NCBI GenBank assembly: GCA_964351975.1
Contig: CAYGPK010000001.1
Span: forward strand, 85,270-149,269
Direction of reading: 5' to 3'
Source of the DNA: an uncultured Methanosarcinales archaeon
Lineage (GTDB): Archaea > Nanobdellota > Nanobdellia > Woesearchaeales > UBA583
DNA: 64,000 bases
Of the stretch, positions 18,560 to 27,161 are shown piece after piece. The stretch's first letter is position 1; every line of letters begins with the position of its first letter. The position numbers and the translations under genes were made by a program. A model generated the notes under the pieces. That model was not told the origin of the DNA and ran no database searches. It saw nothing but the letters and a program-made list of their open reading frames with translations.

Positions 18560-19363
18560 TTATTTCACAAACCATTCTTGAATATCTTTTAGTGAGTATA
18601 TTCTTTTTGCATTTTTTTCAACATCATGAACTTTTAAAAGCCATTCTTCTTTAGGGTGAAATGGAGTTTTCCCAAAGTAGAGTTCTTTTGGAAGTATTTT
18701 TCTAATTGCTGTTTCATTTTTGTAGTTGGTATATTTTATTTTTACTTCTTCTTTTGCAAAGATTAGTATTTCAGGTAAAAGTTCTTCAAATTTATGAAGT
18801 ATTTTATGAGGGTTTCCATCATTTAAAACTTCAATACTATGAAATCCCCAACTAACTGCAAGTGATTTAACATTAACTTTATGAGCTTCTTTTAAATCTC
18901 CAAGCGTGTCTGTTATGAATAAACATTCTTCTGGTTTTAGATTATAATCCTTGAATAGCATTTTAAATTTTTCAACTTTAGAAGGATGTGTTTCTCTACC
19001 CATTATACTCTCAAAGTTTTTTTTTAAATCTACACTTTCAAGATACTTTGTTATTTTATTATTTCCTCCACTTGTTATTACATGTAGTTTAAATCTTTTT
19101 TTAAGGTTAGTAATAGTTTCAAAGATTGGTTCGAAAAAATGTTCTTCTTTTTTAAATCTTTGATTATGTTCAGAATCAAAACTCTCCATTGGTATTGTAT
19201 TAGTTGAGGTTTTAGGATTTTCGTAGACATTACTATTATGTAAATCCCTATATTCTTTTTCCTTCATTTTAGGATGGAAAACTTTAACTACTTCGTAATT
19301 CAATTTATAAGTATTGGCAATTACACCATCAAAATCAAAAATGACAGCTTTTAAATTGGTCAT
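18560..19363 (-). CDS. HAD family phosphatase fused to a C-terminal WYL-like domain
   Basis: IFDFDG, K, ITDT..D; C-terminal YTNYK.E...R.I.P....G..PFHP.EEWLL...D.EK.A.R.Y.L.DI. Confidence 0.85.
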   Translation of the reverse strand: MTNLKAVIFDFDGVIANTYKLNYEVVKVFHPKMKEKEYRDLHNSNVYENPKTSTNTIPMESFDSEHNQRFKKEEHFFEPIFETITNLKKRFKLHVITSGGNNKITKYLESVDLKKNFESIMGRETHPSKVEKFKMLFKDYNLKPEECLFITDTLGDLKEAHKVNVKSLAVSWGFHSIEVLNDGNPHKILHKFEELLPEILIFAKEEVKIKYTNYKNETAIRKILPKELYFGKTPFHPKEEWLLKVHDVEKNAKRIYSLKDIQEWFVK

Positions 19364-19422
19364 TTTTGGTCACCACAAAATATATTTTGTGATAAGTCGA
19401 ATATAATTGCTTTTAGAACCAT
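19335..19422 (-). mobile_element. Hairpin micro-insertion with duplicated HAD N-terminus
   Basis: Orphan MVLKAIIFD (from 19422) vs live MTNLKAVIFD (from 19363); hairpin ATCACAAAAT-AT-ATTTTGTGGT, then GGTGA and ACCAAAA. Confidence 0.8.
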
Positions 19423-21828
19423 TTACTTTTTAGCAACTTTTTTAGTTGTAGTTTTTTTTGTTGCTGCTTTTTTAGTAGTTGCTTTTTTGGTTGTTGTTTT
19501 CTTTGTTGTTTTTTTTGCAGCAGGTGTAACAGGATTTGTGTTCACTTCTCCATTTCTAATTTGCATCATTGTTTTACATTTTGGATAATTATTACATCCT
19601 AAAAATTCACCATAAAAACTTTTTCTTAAGACCATTTGACCTTCATTACAATTAGGACAAGTCATTCCTTCTTCCTTATATTTTTTTTCACCTAATTCTT
19701 TTTCTTCTTCTTCAGGTGTATCTGGGTTCAAACAAACTTTTCTATAATTACCTTCAGACTTACCTGCTAGAAACCAAATTTTTCCATCATCATCTGTTGC
19801 ATCTTCTTCAAGGCCTTTAATGTAATTTACTTGAGGTGCATTAAATATAGTTTTACACTCGGGGTATTTATCACATGCAATGAATTTTTTTCTTGTTTTT
19901 CTTGCAGTTTTTAAAACTAAAGTTCCATCTTCACAATTTGGACATTTTGCAATTTTAGCAGCTTCAAATCTTGCAAGTTTAGATGCATCTGCTAATTTTT
20001 TCCCAAGTTCAATTTCATTTTTTCTAATGTCAGTTAAAATTTTTGTTAATTTTTCTTTAGCAGAATTTAAAACTTTTTCAGGTGTTGATTTTTCTTGTCT
20101 AATTAATTCCATCTCATCTTCAAATTCTCTTGTTAACTCTTCTTCAACTAAAGTAGGCACTTCATCTGTTAGAACAGAGTCCATTTGAAGACCTAATTCG
20201 GTAACTTTTATTGATTTATCAACAATGTACCCTCTATCTTTTAATTGTTCTAATATTGTTGCCCTAGTTGCCTTTGTTCCTAGATTTCTTTTTTCAAGTT
20301 CTTTAATAATTGATGCGTCAGTGTATCTTTTAGGCGGAGATGTTTCTTTTTCAATTTCTTCAATTTCATTATTAACAACTTCTGTTCCTTGATCTAATTT
20401 TGGAAGCTGTATATCCTCAAATTTTAAATAAGGCTCATACAATTCATGCCAGTTTTTTTCAACAGTTCTTGTTCCTTTTAATACAAAATTGTGAGAGTTG
20501 ATATCAATTGTTATTGTGTTTGTTTCACGAATTGCATCTTCACCAAATACAGCGAAAAATCTTTTCACAATTAAATCATACAATCTTGAATCTTGAGGGT
20601 TTTCAAATTGTTTCGGAACTTCACCTGTTGGATGAATTGCAGGATGCGCAGGGTCATCTTTATTTCCTTCTTTAGGTTTTATGTTAGGATTTATTTTTAG
20701 AACTTTATCTACAAGTTCTTTGTATTTAGATTGGGATTTTAATTTTAGTAATTTATCTTTTAAATCAAGTTCTTTTGGTAATTTTTGTGAAGAAGTTCTT
20801 GGATATGAAGTTACACCTTCAATATATAATTTTTGAGCAATTTCAAGTGTTCTTTTTGGGGAGAGTCCAAGCATAGTTGATGCCTCCATTTGTAGGGATG
20901 TTAAATCAAAAGGATAAGGAACTGCTTGTTTGAATTTTTTTGCAGTTATTTCTTTAATAGTTCCATTTTTATTTTGTGTTTCTGAAACAACTTTTTGTGA
21001 GAACTCTTTGTTAAAAATTTTGTATCTATCTATTGTTTTTTTAACTTCTCCATCTTCATTTTCCTCGTCAAGTTGATGCTCTTTTGCAATGTCAAGAGGA
21101 AGTTCATATTGCGCCTTTATATTTACTGATTTACAATTTCCATCTAAATAAATCTCTGTAAATGATTCTGGTTGAAACGCTTCAATTTTTCTTTCTCGAT
21201 TTGCAAGAAAGTGAAGTGTTGGCGCTTGAACTCTTCCAGTTGATAGAACTTTGAATTGATTTGTTCCTTTTTTTATACTCTCAGTAAATGCCCTTGATAA
21301 ATTAATTCCATAATACCAATCTAAGGTATGTCTTGTTTCTCCTGCTTTTGCTTGACCCCACTCAAGATGTTTTTGTTTGTTTTCATATGATTTAATAAGT
21401 TCATTTTTAGTTAGAGTTGAGAATTTCATTCTATTTGCATCTTCACGACCTAAGGCATATCTTACAATATTTAGCCCAATAACTTCACCTTCAATATCAA
21501 AGTCTGATGCAATTGTTACTTCATCTGCTCCTTTTCCTAGATTAATTAAATTGTTAAGATAGTCTTTTGTATATGCCGCGGCTTTATTTGTTTTATATGT
21601 TGCTTTCCACTCTGTATTAAAAACAGGATACTCCCAACTTTCTCCACCTTTTTCTCCAAGTCCATATAAATGTCCAACTGCTGATGCTACAATTATTTTT
21701 TTACCGTTATGTGTTAATTCAAAATTGTTAACTTTATCTCTGGACTTTTTAGCAGAAGTATCTGCTAGTGCTTCTGCAATTTTTTGCGCTGCTTGTGGTT
21801 TTTCAGAAATGATTAACTCATAGGACAT
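19423..21828 (-). CDS. topA: Type IA DNA topoisomerase with zinc ribbons and Lys/Thr-rich tail
   Basis: ISEKP, D.D.EG, STGRVQ, SYPRT, AHPAIHP, GT.ATR, CxxC ribbons. Confidence 0.96.
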   Translation of the reverse strand: MSYELIISEKPQAAQKIAEALADTSAKKSRDKVNNFELTHNGKKIIVASAVGHLYGLGEKGGESWEYPVFNTEWKATYKTNKAAAYTKDYLNNLINLGKGADEVTIASDFDIEGEVIGLNIVRYALGREDANRMKFSTLTKNELIKSYENKQKHLEWGQAKAGETRHTLDWYYGINLSRAFTESIKKGTNQFKVLSTGRVQAPTLHFLANRERKIEAFQPESFTEIYLDGNCKSVNIKAQYELPLDIAKEHQLDEENEDGEVKKTIDRYKIFNKEFSQKVVSETQNKNGTIKEITAKKFKQAVPYPFDLTSLQMEASTMLGLSPKRTLEIAQKLYIEGVTSYPRTSSQKLPKELDLKDKLLKLKSQSKYKELVDKVLKINPNIKPKEGNKDDPAHPAIHPTGEVPKQFENPQDSRLYDLIVKRFFAVFGEDAIRETNTITIDINSHNFVLKGTRTVEKNWHELYEPYLKFEDIQLPKLDQGTEVVNNEIEEIEKETSPPKRYTDASIIKELEKRNLGTKATRATILEQLKDRGYIVDKSIKVTELGLQMDSVLTDEVPTLVEEELTREFEDEMELIRQEKSTPEKVLNSAKEKLTKILTDIRKNEIELGKKLADASKLARFEAAKIAKCPNCEDGTLVLKTARKTRKKFIACDKYPECKTIFNAPQVNYIKGLEEDATDDDGKIWFLAGKSEGNYRKVCLNPDTPEEEEKELGEKKYKEEGMTCPNCNEGQMVLRKSFYGEFLGCNNYPKCKTMMQIRNGEVNTNPVTPAAKKTTKKTTTKKATTKKAATKKTTTKKVAKK

Positions 21829-21946
21829 TGTTTATTCCTCCTTGAGTTAATTGTCCAAAAATTCTATTTGCACATAAATTAAAATTTATGGCATGCCAAA
21901 AATAATTAATTTTTGAGCATTTGAGAATAATTAATTCGTAAGTCAT
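21808..21946 (-). mobile_element. Double-hairpin micro-insertion with duplicated topA N-terminus
   Basis: Orphan MTYELII (21946-21926) vs live MSYELII (21828-21808); hairpins 21893-21920 and 21869-21893; GGAGG at 21841-21837. Confidence 0.85.
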
Positions 21947-22000
21947 ATGTATATATTTTAGAAAGGTTTTTATAAAAGTTTGTCTTAGCAATAATATAAT

Positions 22001-22456
22001 ATGGTTGACTTTTATCATTATGATGCAAAAAATTTTGAAGGCAATGAAATAACTGTTACAATTGCAACTGGTCCAGTAATTATTGATAATTTAGGAAAAT
22101 ATTTATTACATAGAGCGGATAGTACGGGGAAATATCAATTTACAGGAGGAAGATTAGATGATACTAAAACTTCACAAGATAATGCAGTTTTTAGACCTTT
22201 TGAAGATTTAGGAGTTGAAGTTGAATTAGAAAAATCAATTAATCCTTTTGTTGTCTCAGATGAAATTGAAAGAAATGGAGTTAAAGAAACTTTAGTTTTA
22301 ATTCATTATTTAGCCAAACTAAAAAACAATTCTTTACCTGAAAAAGGAGAGTGGAATTGGTTTACTTTAGAAGAAATTATTGCAATGGAAAAAAGAAATG
22401 AAGTTTCCTCACCAAACATTAGGCTTGCTTGTGAACATTTTAGAGAGTATAATTAG
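22001..22456 (+). CDS. Nudix-fold protein with degenerate Nudix box
   Basis: YLLHR, FTGGRL...NAVFRPFEDLG. Confidence 0.7.
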   Translation: MVDFYHYDAKNFEGNEITVTIATGPVIIDNLGKYLLHRADSTGKYQFTGGRLDDTKTSQDNAVFRPFEDLGVEVELEKSINPFVVSDEIERNGVKETLVLIHYLAKLKNNSLPEKGEWNWFTLEEIIAMEKRNEVSSPNIRLACEHFREYN

Positions 22457-23124
22457 CTAAGTGTTAAATATAAATTACCTTTATCATATTCTTTTTTTTT
22501 TAGTTTAAAATTAGCTTCTTTACATAAATCAATTAGTTCTTTTTCTTCAAATAAATAATAATAACGTTCGAGTGTGATTGGAGATAGGTGATTTGAGACA
22601 TCAGTATAAGTGACTTTTACTTCTTGTTTTGAAATAAATTCAAATTTCTTTTTTTTAATTTGTTCTTCTATAAACTTTTTTTCTGGAAACCAATTTGATA
22701 AAAGTAGTTTTCCACTATCCTTTAGAACTCGTTTCATTTCCTTTAATGATTTTAATTGTTCTTCTTTTTTTAGCAAATGATGATGAGCTGCAATGCAGAT
22801 TATTATATCAAAAGAATTGTCTTCAAATGGAATATTTGTAAGCTCACCTTCAATTGCTCGAAATCCTTTTTCTTTAACAATTTTTAATTGTCCTTGGGAA
22901 TAATCGTAACCTGTTAAATTTTTATTTTTAAAATTTAAATTTTGGGCAAGTTCTAGAAACCTCCCCGTTCCACAACCAAGATCAATAAGAGAAAGTGATT
23001 TTGAATTTGAGAACTCAGATAAAAATTCTTCAACTGGTTTCCAAGTATATTTTCTTTTGGTATCCCAATTCTCAGAAATAGAATTATAAGTTTCTTTTGT
23101 TATTTTATTATAATCTAATTTCAT
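22453..23124 (-). CDS. Class I SAM methyltransferase (Trm9-like)
   Basis: Y..I...W...R...W, DLGCGTGR, IA..HH, RYYY.F. Confidence 0.85.
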   Translation of the reverse strand: MKLDYNKITKETYNSISENWDTKRKYTWKPVEEFLSEFSNSKSLSLIDLGCGTGRFLELAQNLNFKNKNLTGYDYSQGQLKIVKEKGFRAIEGELTNIPFEDNSFDIIICIAAHHHLLKKEEQLKSLKEMKRVLKDSGKLLLSNWFPEKKFIEEQIKKKKFEFISKQEVKVTYTDVSNHLSPITLERYYYLFEEKELIDLCKEANFKLKKKEYDKGNLYLTLS

Positions 23125-23848
23125 TTGTTTTTCTATTTATATAATAATCAAGTATGATTTTAAGATTTACAATGTCTTCATAATTATATTTTAATAATTT
23201 TGCAAGGGCATTTGGATCTCCTCGTTTATATCTTCTCCAAAGTCTTACTGCTTCAAATCCATCAACTCCTAATAATTCATCTGGTCTTGTAATTCCTAAT
23301 TCTAACTCTATTTTTTTTAATCCTCCAGAGAGTCCAAATTCTTTTAACATCCATCTCAAATCTAAATGTATAATATCATATTTTTCTTTAAACTTATATT
23401 CAATAAATGGCATATCAAAAGTTTTTCCGTTAAATGTAACAATTATATCAAATTTTTTGAGATGTTCTTTAGCATCTTCTAAATCAATACCTTGTATATA
23501 GGATTTAGCAATTTCACCATCATAAATCCCAATCATAGTTATTTCATCAGTGTATCTTGAGAGTCCAGTTGTTTCAATATCAACAAATGCAATTTTACAA
23601 GAATTGTGTAGTCTCCAATGTTCATTTGAATCTAGTTTTTCACGAAAATATTTTAAGTTATTTTCTTCTAAATTTTGTTTTGAGAAGAAAAGTTCAGTTT
23701 TTATTTTATCTATTTTAGACTGAGGTAGAAAATTTATTTCTGAATGTTTTTCAAGAAATTGTTCCCAATTTTCTATATTGTTGTTCCATAGAAGTTTTTC
23801 AGTTTCTTTTGAAACTCCTTCAATATGGCAGAAAGTTTTATTTATCAT
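23108..23848 (-). CDS. YprB/RNase_H_2 family exonuclease
   Basis: DIETTGL, TFNG..FD.P, H.DL, GGLK.IE, YN.ED. Confidence 0.9.
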   Translation of the reverse strand: MINKTFCHIEGVSKETEKLLWNNNIENWEQFLEKHSEINFLPQSKIDKIKTELFFSKQNLEENNLKYFREKLDSNEHWRLHNSCKIAFVDIETTGLSRYTDEITMIGIYDGEIAKSYIQGIDLEDAKEHLKKFDIIVTFNGKTFDMPFIEYKFKEKYDIIHLDLRWMLKEFGLSGGLKKIELELGITRPDELLGVDGFEAVRLWRRYKRGDPNALAKLLKYNYEDIVNLKIILDYYINRKTNEIRL

Positions 23849-23966
23849 TTTAATATATATAGTAAAAAAGATTTCTATTTAAAAGATTTGTTCATTATCT
23901 ATTTCGAAACCTTTAGTTTTAAAGTTATAAGTTAGTTTTATAAACTTTAATATAAAATATTTCTTT

Positions 23967-25193
23967 GTGGCTACAATAGATCCTTTAATGATTGGCATTG
24001 TGATAATTGCATTTTTTGCAGTTTCAATGACTCTTCTTCTTAAATATTTTAAAATGCCTTCAGTTGTTGCTTATATAATAGGAGGTGTTGCAATGGGGTC
24101 TTATGGATTTAATCTTATTCCTAATTCTAATTTTGTAACTCAATTAGGTTCTTTAGGTGTTCTTTTTCTTCTTTTTTTTATTGGAATGGAATTTGATTTA
24201 AAAAAAATAATCTCAAATTGGAAGATTACAGTTTTCGGAGTATTTTTTAAAGTATTATTTACTTTGATTTTTTTTATAGTATTGAGTTATTTTTTTTTAG
24301 GTTGGCCTTTCGGAAGATTAATATTCATTAGTTTTGTTTTAAGTATAAGTAGTACAGCAGTTGTTTTGAAAATTCTACAAGAAAGAAATGAACTTGATAC
24401 TTTAGTTGGTTCAAATGTTGTTAGTGTTTCTTTAGTTCAAGATATTGCAACAATTCCAATGATTGTTATTTTAAGCTTTTTTAGTTCAGAAGGAGTTGAG
24501 GCATCAAAGTTATTTTTACAAATTATAGGTGGGATGTTATTTATTGCAACTTTAATATTTCTAATAAAGAAAAAAAATTTTTCAATACCATTTGGAAAAC
24601 ACTTTAAAGATGATAATGATGTTCAATTTTTTGTTGCTCTTTTGTTTTGTTTTAGTTTCGGGATTATAAGTTTATTATTTGAACTCTCAGCAACACTAGG
24701 GGCTTTTTTAGCAGGATTAATTATTTCTGCAGGTAAAGAAACTAGTACTTTCAAATCAAATTTACATCCATTTTATATTTTATTTATGGCTTTATTTTTC
24801 ATTTCAATTGGACTTTTGATTGACTTACTTTTTATGTATGAAAATTTTAAAGTAATTATTTTTTTAGTTCTTTTCGTATTTCTCATCAACACACTTATTT
24901 ATGCAGTTATATTTAGATTGTTTAAAAGAAGATGGAAAACTAGTTTTTATGCAGGAGCATTGTTATCAAATATAGGAGAATTTAGTTTTGTACTCGCTGC
25001 AATAGGGCTTGAGGGTGGGATTATTTTTAATTATGGATACCAGATGACTATTGCAGTTATATCTTTATCATTACTTTTAAGTCCACTTTGGATTTATTTA
25101 ATAAAATATGTTATTGATTTTGATAACCTAAAACTTTCAGTTTTAAAAATTCCTAAAATTTCAAGAATTAGAAAATCCAAAATTAAAAATTAA
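23967..25193 (+). CDS. CPA2 cation:proton antiporter (KefB-like), paralog 1
   Basis: SSTAVV, QD, LGAFLAG, FFISIG, GEFSFV. Confidence 0.92.
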   Translation: MATIDPLMIGIVIIAFFAVSMTLLLKYFKMPSVVAYIIGGVAMGSYGFNLIPNSNFVTQLGSLGVLFLLFFIGMEFDLKKIISNWKITVFGVFFKVLFTLIFFIVLSYFFLGWPFGRLIFISFVLSISSTAVVLKILQERNELDTLVGSNVVSVSLVQDIATIPMIVILSFFSSEGVEASKLFLQIIGGMLFIATLIFLIKKKNFSIPFGKHFKDDNDVQFFVALLFCFSFGIISLLFELSATLGAFLAGLIISAGKETSTFKSNLHPFYILFMALFFISIGLLIDLLFMYENFKVIIFLVLFVFLINTLIYAVIFRLFKRRWKTSFYAGALLSNIGEFSFVLAAIGLEGGIIFNYGYQMTIAVISLSLLLSPLWIYLIKYVIDFDNLKLSVLKIPKISRIRKSKIKN

Positions 25194-25237
25194 TCTTTTT
25201 AATTAGTTTTATAAACATATAAATTTAGTCTCATATT

Positions 25238-26485
25238 ATGGTAGGTTTAGATCCAATTATTTCTGCAACAGCAATTATAGCATTAGTTATTGTAATTGTT
25301 AGTATAATTTTAAAAGTATTAGATATGCCTTCAGTTGTAGGTTATATTTTGGCAGGAGTATTACTAGGATCTTACGGTTTTAATTTTATTACAAATATTG
25401 ATTTTATTACTCAATTAGGTTCAATTGGTGTTTTACTTTTATTATTTTTTATTGGAATGGAAGTTGATATAAATAAAATTATTTCTAATTGGAGAATTGC
25501 GGTTTTTGGAGTTTTATTGAAAATTTTTTTAACATTATTAATAATATTTGGGCTTAGTTATTTGTTTGTAGATTGGACTTTAGAAACAATAATTTTGATT
25601 AGTTTTGTTTTAAGTATAAGTAGTACTGCTGTTGTTTTGAAAATTTTACAAGATAGTAATGAGATGGAAACAAAAGTTGGTGCTAATGTCATTAGTATTT
25701 TAATTGTACAAGATATTGTTGTTATTCCAATGATTGTTATTTTGAATTTATTTAGTCCTGAACCATTAAGTACTTCTGAATTATTCTTACAATTAGTAGG
25801 AGGATTTTTATTTATTGCAACTTTGGTTTACATTTTAAAAAAAAAAGAAATCAAATTACCTTTTGGAAAATATATTAAAAAAGATACCGAAGTTCAATTC
25901 TTTATTGCACTTTTGTTTTGTTTTGGTTTTTCAGTATTTAGTGCTTGGTTTCACTTATCAGCAACTTTGGGAGCATTTTTAGCAGGAATACTAGTTTCAG
26001 CTGGAAAAGAGACTAGTTGGTTCAAAGAGAATTTACATCCATTTTATATTTTATTTATGGCTTTATTTTTCATTTCAATCGGTCTTTTAATTGATATTGA
26101 TTTTTTAATTGAAAATATTAATATTATCGTATTTTTACTTTTATTTACATTTTTGATAAATACTATTTTATATTATTTTATTTTCAGATTATTTAAAAGA
26201 GGCCCAAAAGCAAGTTTATATGGTGCAAGTTTACTTTCTCAAGTTGGAGAATTTAGTTTTATACTTGCAGCAGTTGGTCTTGCAAACGGTATGATTTTAA
26301 ATTACTCTTATCAAATTTCAATATTAGTAATTTCTTTATCATTATTATTTAGTCCACTTTGGATTGGTATAATTAAATATTTGATTGGTTTTGATAAGAT
26401 GAGATTAGTAAAAATCAAATTTCCAAATACTAAAAATTTAAAAGATAAGTTGAAATTTAAATCTGGAAAGAAAGCTGAGAGTTAG
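25238..26485 (+). CDS. CPA2 cation:proton antiporter (KefB-like), paralog 2
   Basis: Same motifs; tandem paralog sharing long identical nucleotide blocks. Confidence 0.92.
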   Translation: MVGLDPIISATAIIALVIVIVSIILKVLDMPSVVGYILAGVLLGSYGFNFITNIDFITQLGSIGVLLLLFFIGMEVDINKIISNWRIAVFGVLLKIFLTLLIIFGLSYLFVDWTLETIILISFVLSISSTAVVLKILQDSNEMETKVGANVISILIVQDIVVIPMIVILNLFSPEPLSTSELFLQLVGGFLFIATLVYILKKKEIKLPFGKYIKKDTEVQFFIALLFCFGFSVFSAWFHLSATLGAFLAGILVSAGKETSWFKENLHPFYILFMALFFISIGLLIDIDFLIENINIIVFLLLFTFLINTILYYFIFRLFKRGPKASLYGASLLSQVGEFSFILAAVGLANGMILNYSYQISILVISLSLLFSPLWIGIIKYLIGFDKMRLVKIKFPNTKNLKDKLKFKSGKKAES

Positions 26486-26545
26486 GTTAATTAAAAAATT
26501 ATTCTTTTCGTTAGTTTTATAAATTATTATTCACATATATATACT

Positions 26546-26644
26546 ATGTCAAAAGAGAAAAAAGTTATTGAAGAAATGGAAAAAGTTGCAGAGATTGCAT
26601 TTGATTCTATTCCTGAAGTTATGAAGGATTTATCAAATCTTTAG
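26546..26644 (+). CDS. 32-aa ORF, candidate minimal Phd-like antitoxin
   Basis: MSKEKKVIEEMEKVAEIAFDSIPEVMKDLSNL; TTTTATAAA about 22 nt upstream; stop abuts the Fic/Doc gene stop. Confidence 0.6.
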   Translation: MSKEKKVIEEMEKVAEIAFDSIPEVMKDLSNL

Positions 26645-26645
26645 T

Positions 26646-27161
26646 TTATCTTTTATATTCTCTAATTTTACCTGTTTTTAAAAATTCTTTAATTTCATTA
26701 AATTCGTAATAATTTCCTTCTCGAATTCCAATCATCATTTTAGCATCCATTTTAGAATATCTATCAACAAAGAATTTAGAGATGTTTAGAGCATTATCTA
26801 TATACCCTTTTTTCTCATCAAAAATCAGAAAATAACTTGCTGATAAAAATGCTGTTCTTCTATTCGCACTTGAAAATGCGTGCGCTTGAACAATTTTTAT
26901 TAAAAGTTCAGTTACTTTATCATATTTATCTCCCTTTTTATTTAGATAGGAAATAATTGCATTTTTTAATTTTAGGGAACTTTTACATTTATAAGAATCA
27001 CCTTTGTGACCCCAGTTATGTTCTTTTGACATTTTAATAACTGTTTTATTTAAGTTACAAATTGCTTTTTCATAAATATGAACTAATTCTAATTTATTCT
27101 TATCTTCTAAAAATAATTCTTTCGAGTCAAAGAGAAGGGGAAGCTTTGTTTTCTTCCCCAT
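26646..27161 (-). CDS. Fic/Doc family protein
   Basis: HAFSSANRRTA, a variant of Doc-type HxFxxANKRTA. Confidence 0.85.
   Translation of the reverse strand: MGKKTKLPLLFDSKELFLEDKNKLELVHIYEKAICNLNKTVIKMSKEHNWGHKGDSYKCKSSLKLKNAIISYLNKKGDKYDKVTELLIKIVQAHAFSSANRRTAFLSASYFLIFDEKKGYIDNALNISKFFVDRYSKMDAKMMIGIREGNYYEFNEIKEFLKTGKIREYKR

Noticed and set aside
19423..19520. Repetitive tract at the topA 3' end
   Set aside because: It encodes the ordinary KKTT/KKAT basic tail of topoisomerase I.
21818..22018. 66-aa ORF as an independent gene
   Set aside because: It is better explained as the orphan topA start (21946) reading through the insert; the upstream part crosses the promoter and the Nudix gene.
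26486..26520. Possible orphan thrS 3' end beyond the Fic module
   Set aside because: Only about two-thirds identity in very AT-rich sequence, poor peptide match and no matching stop.
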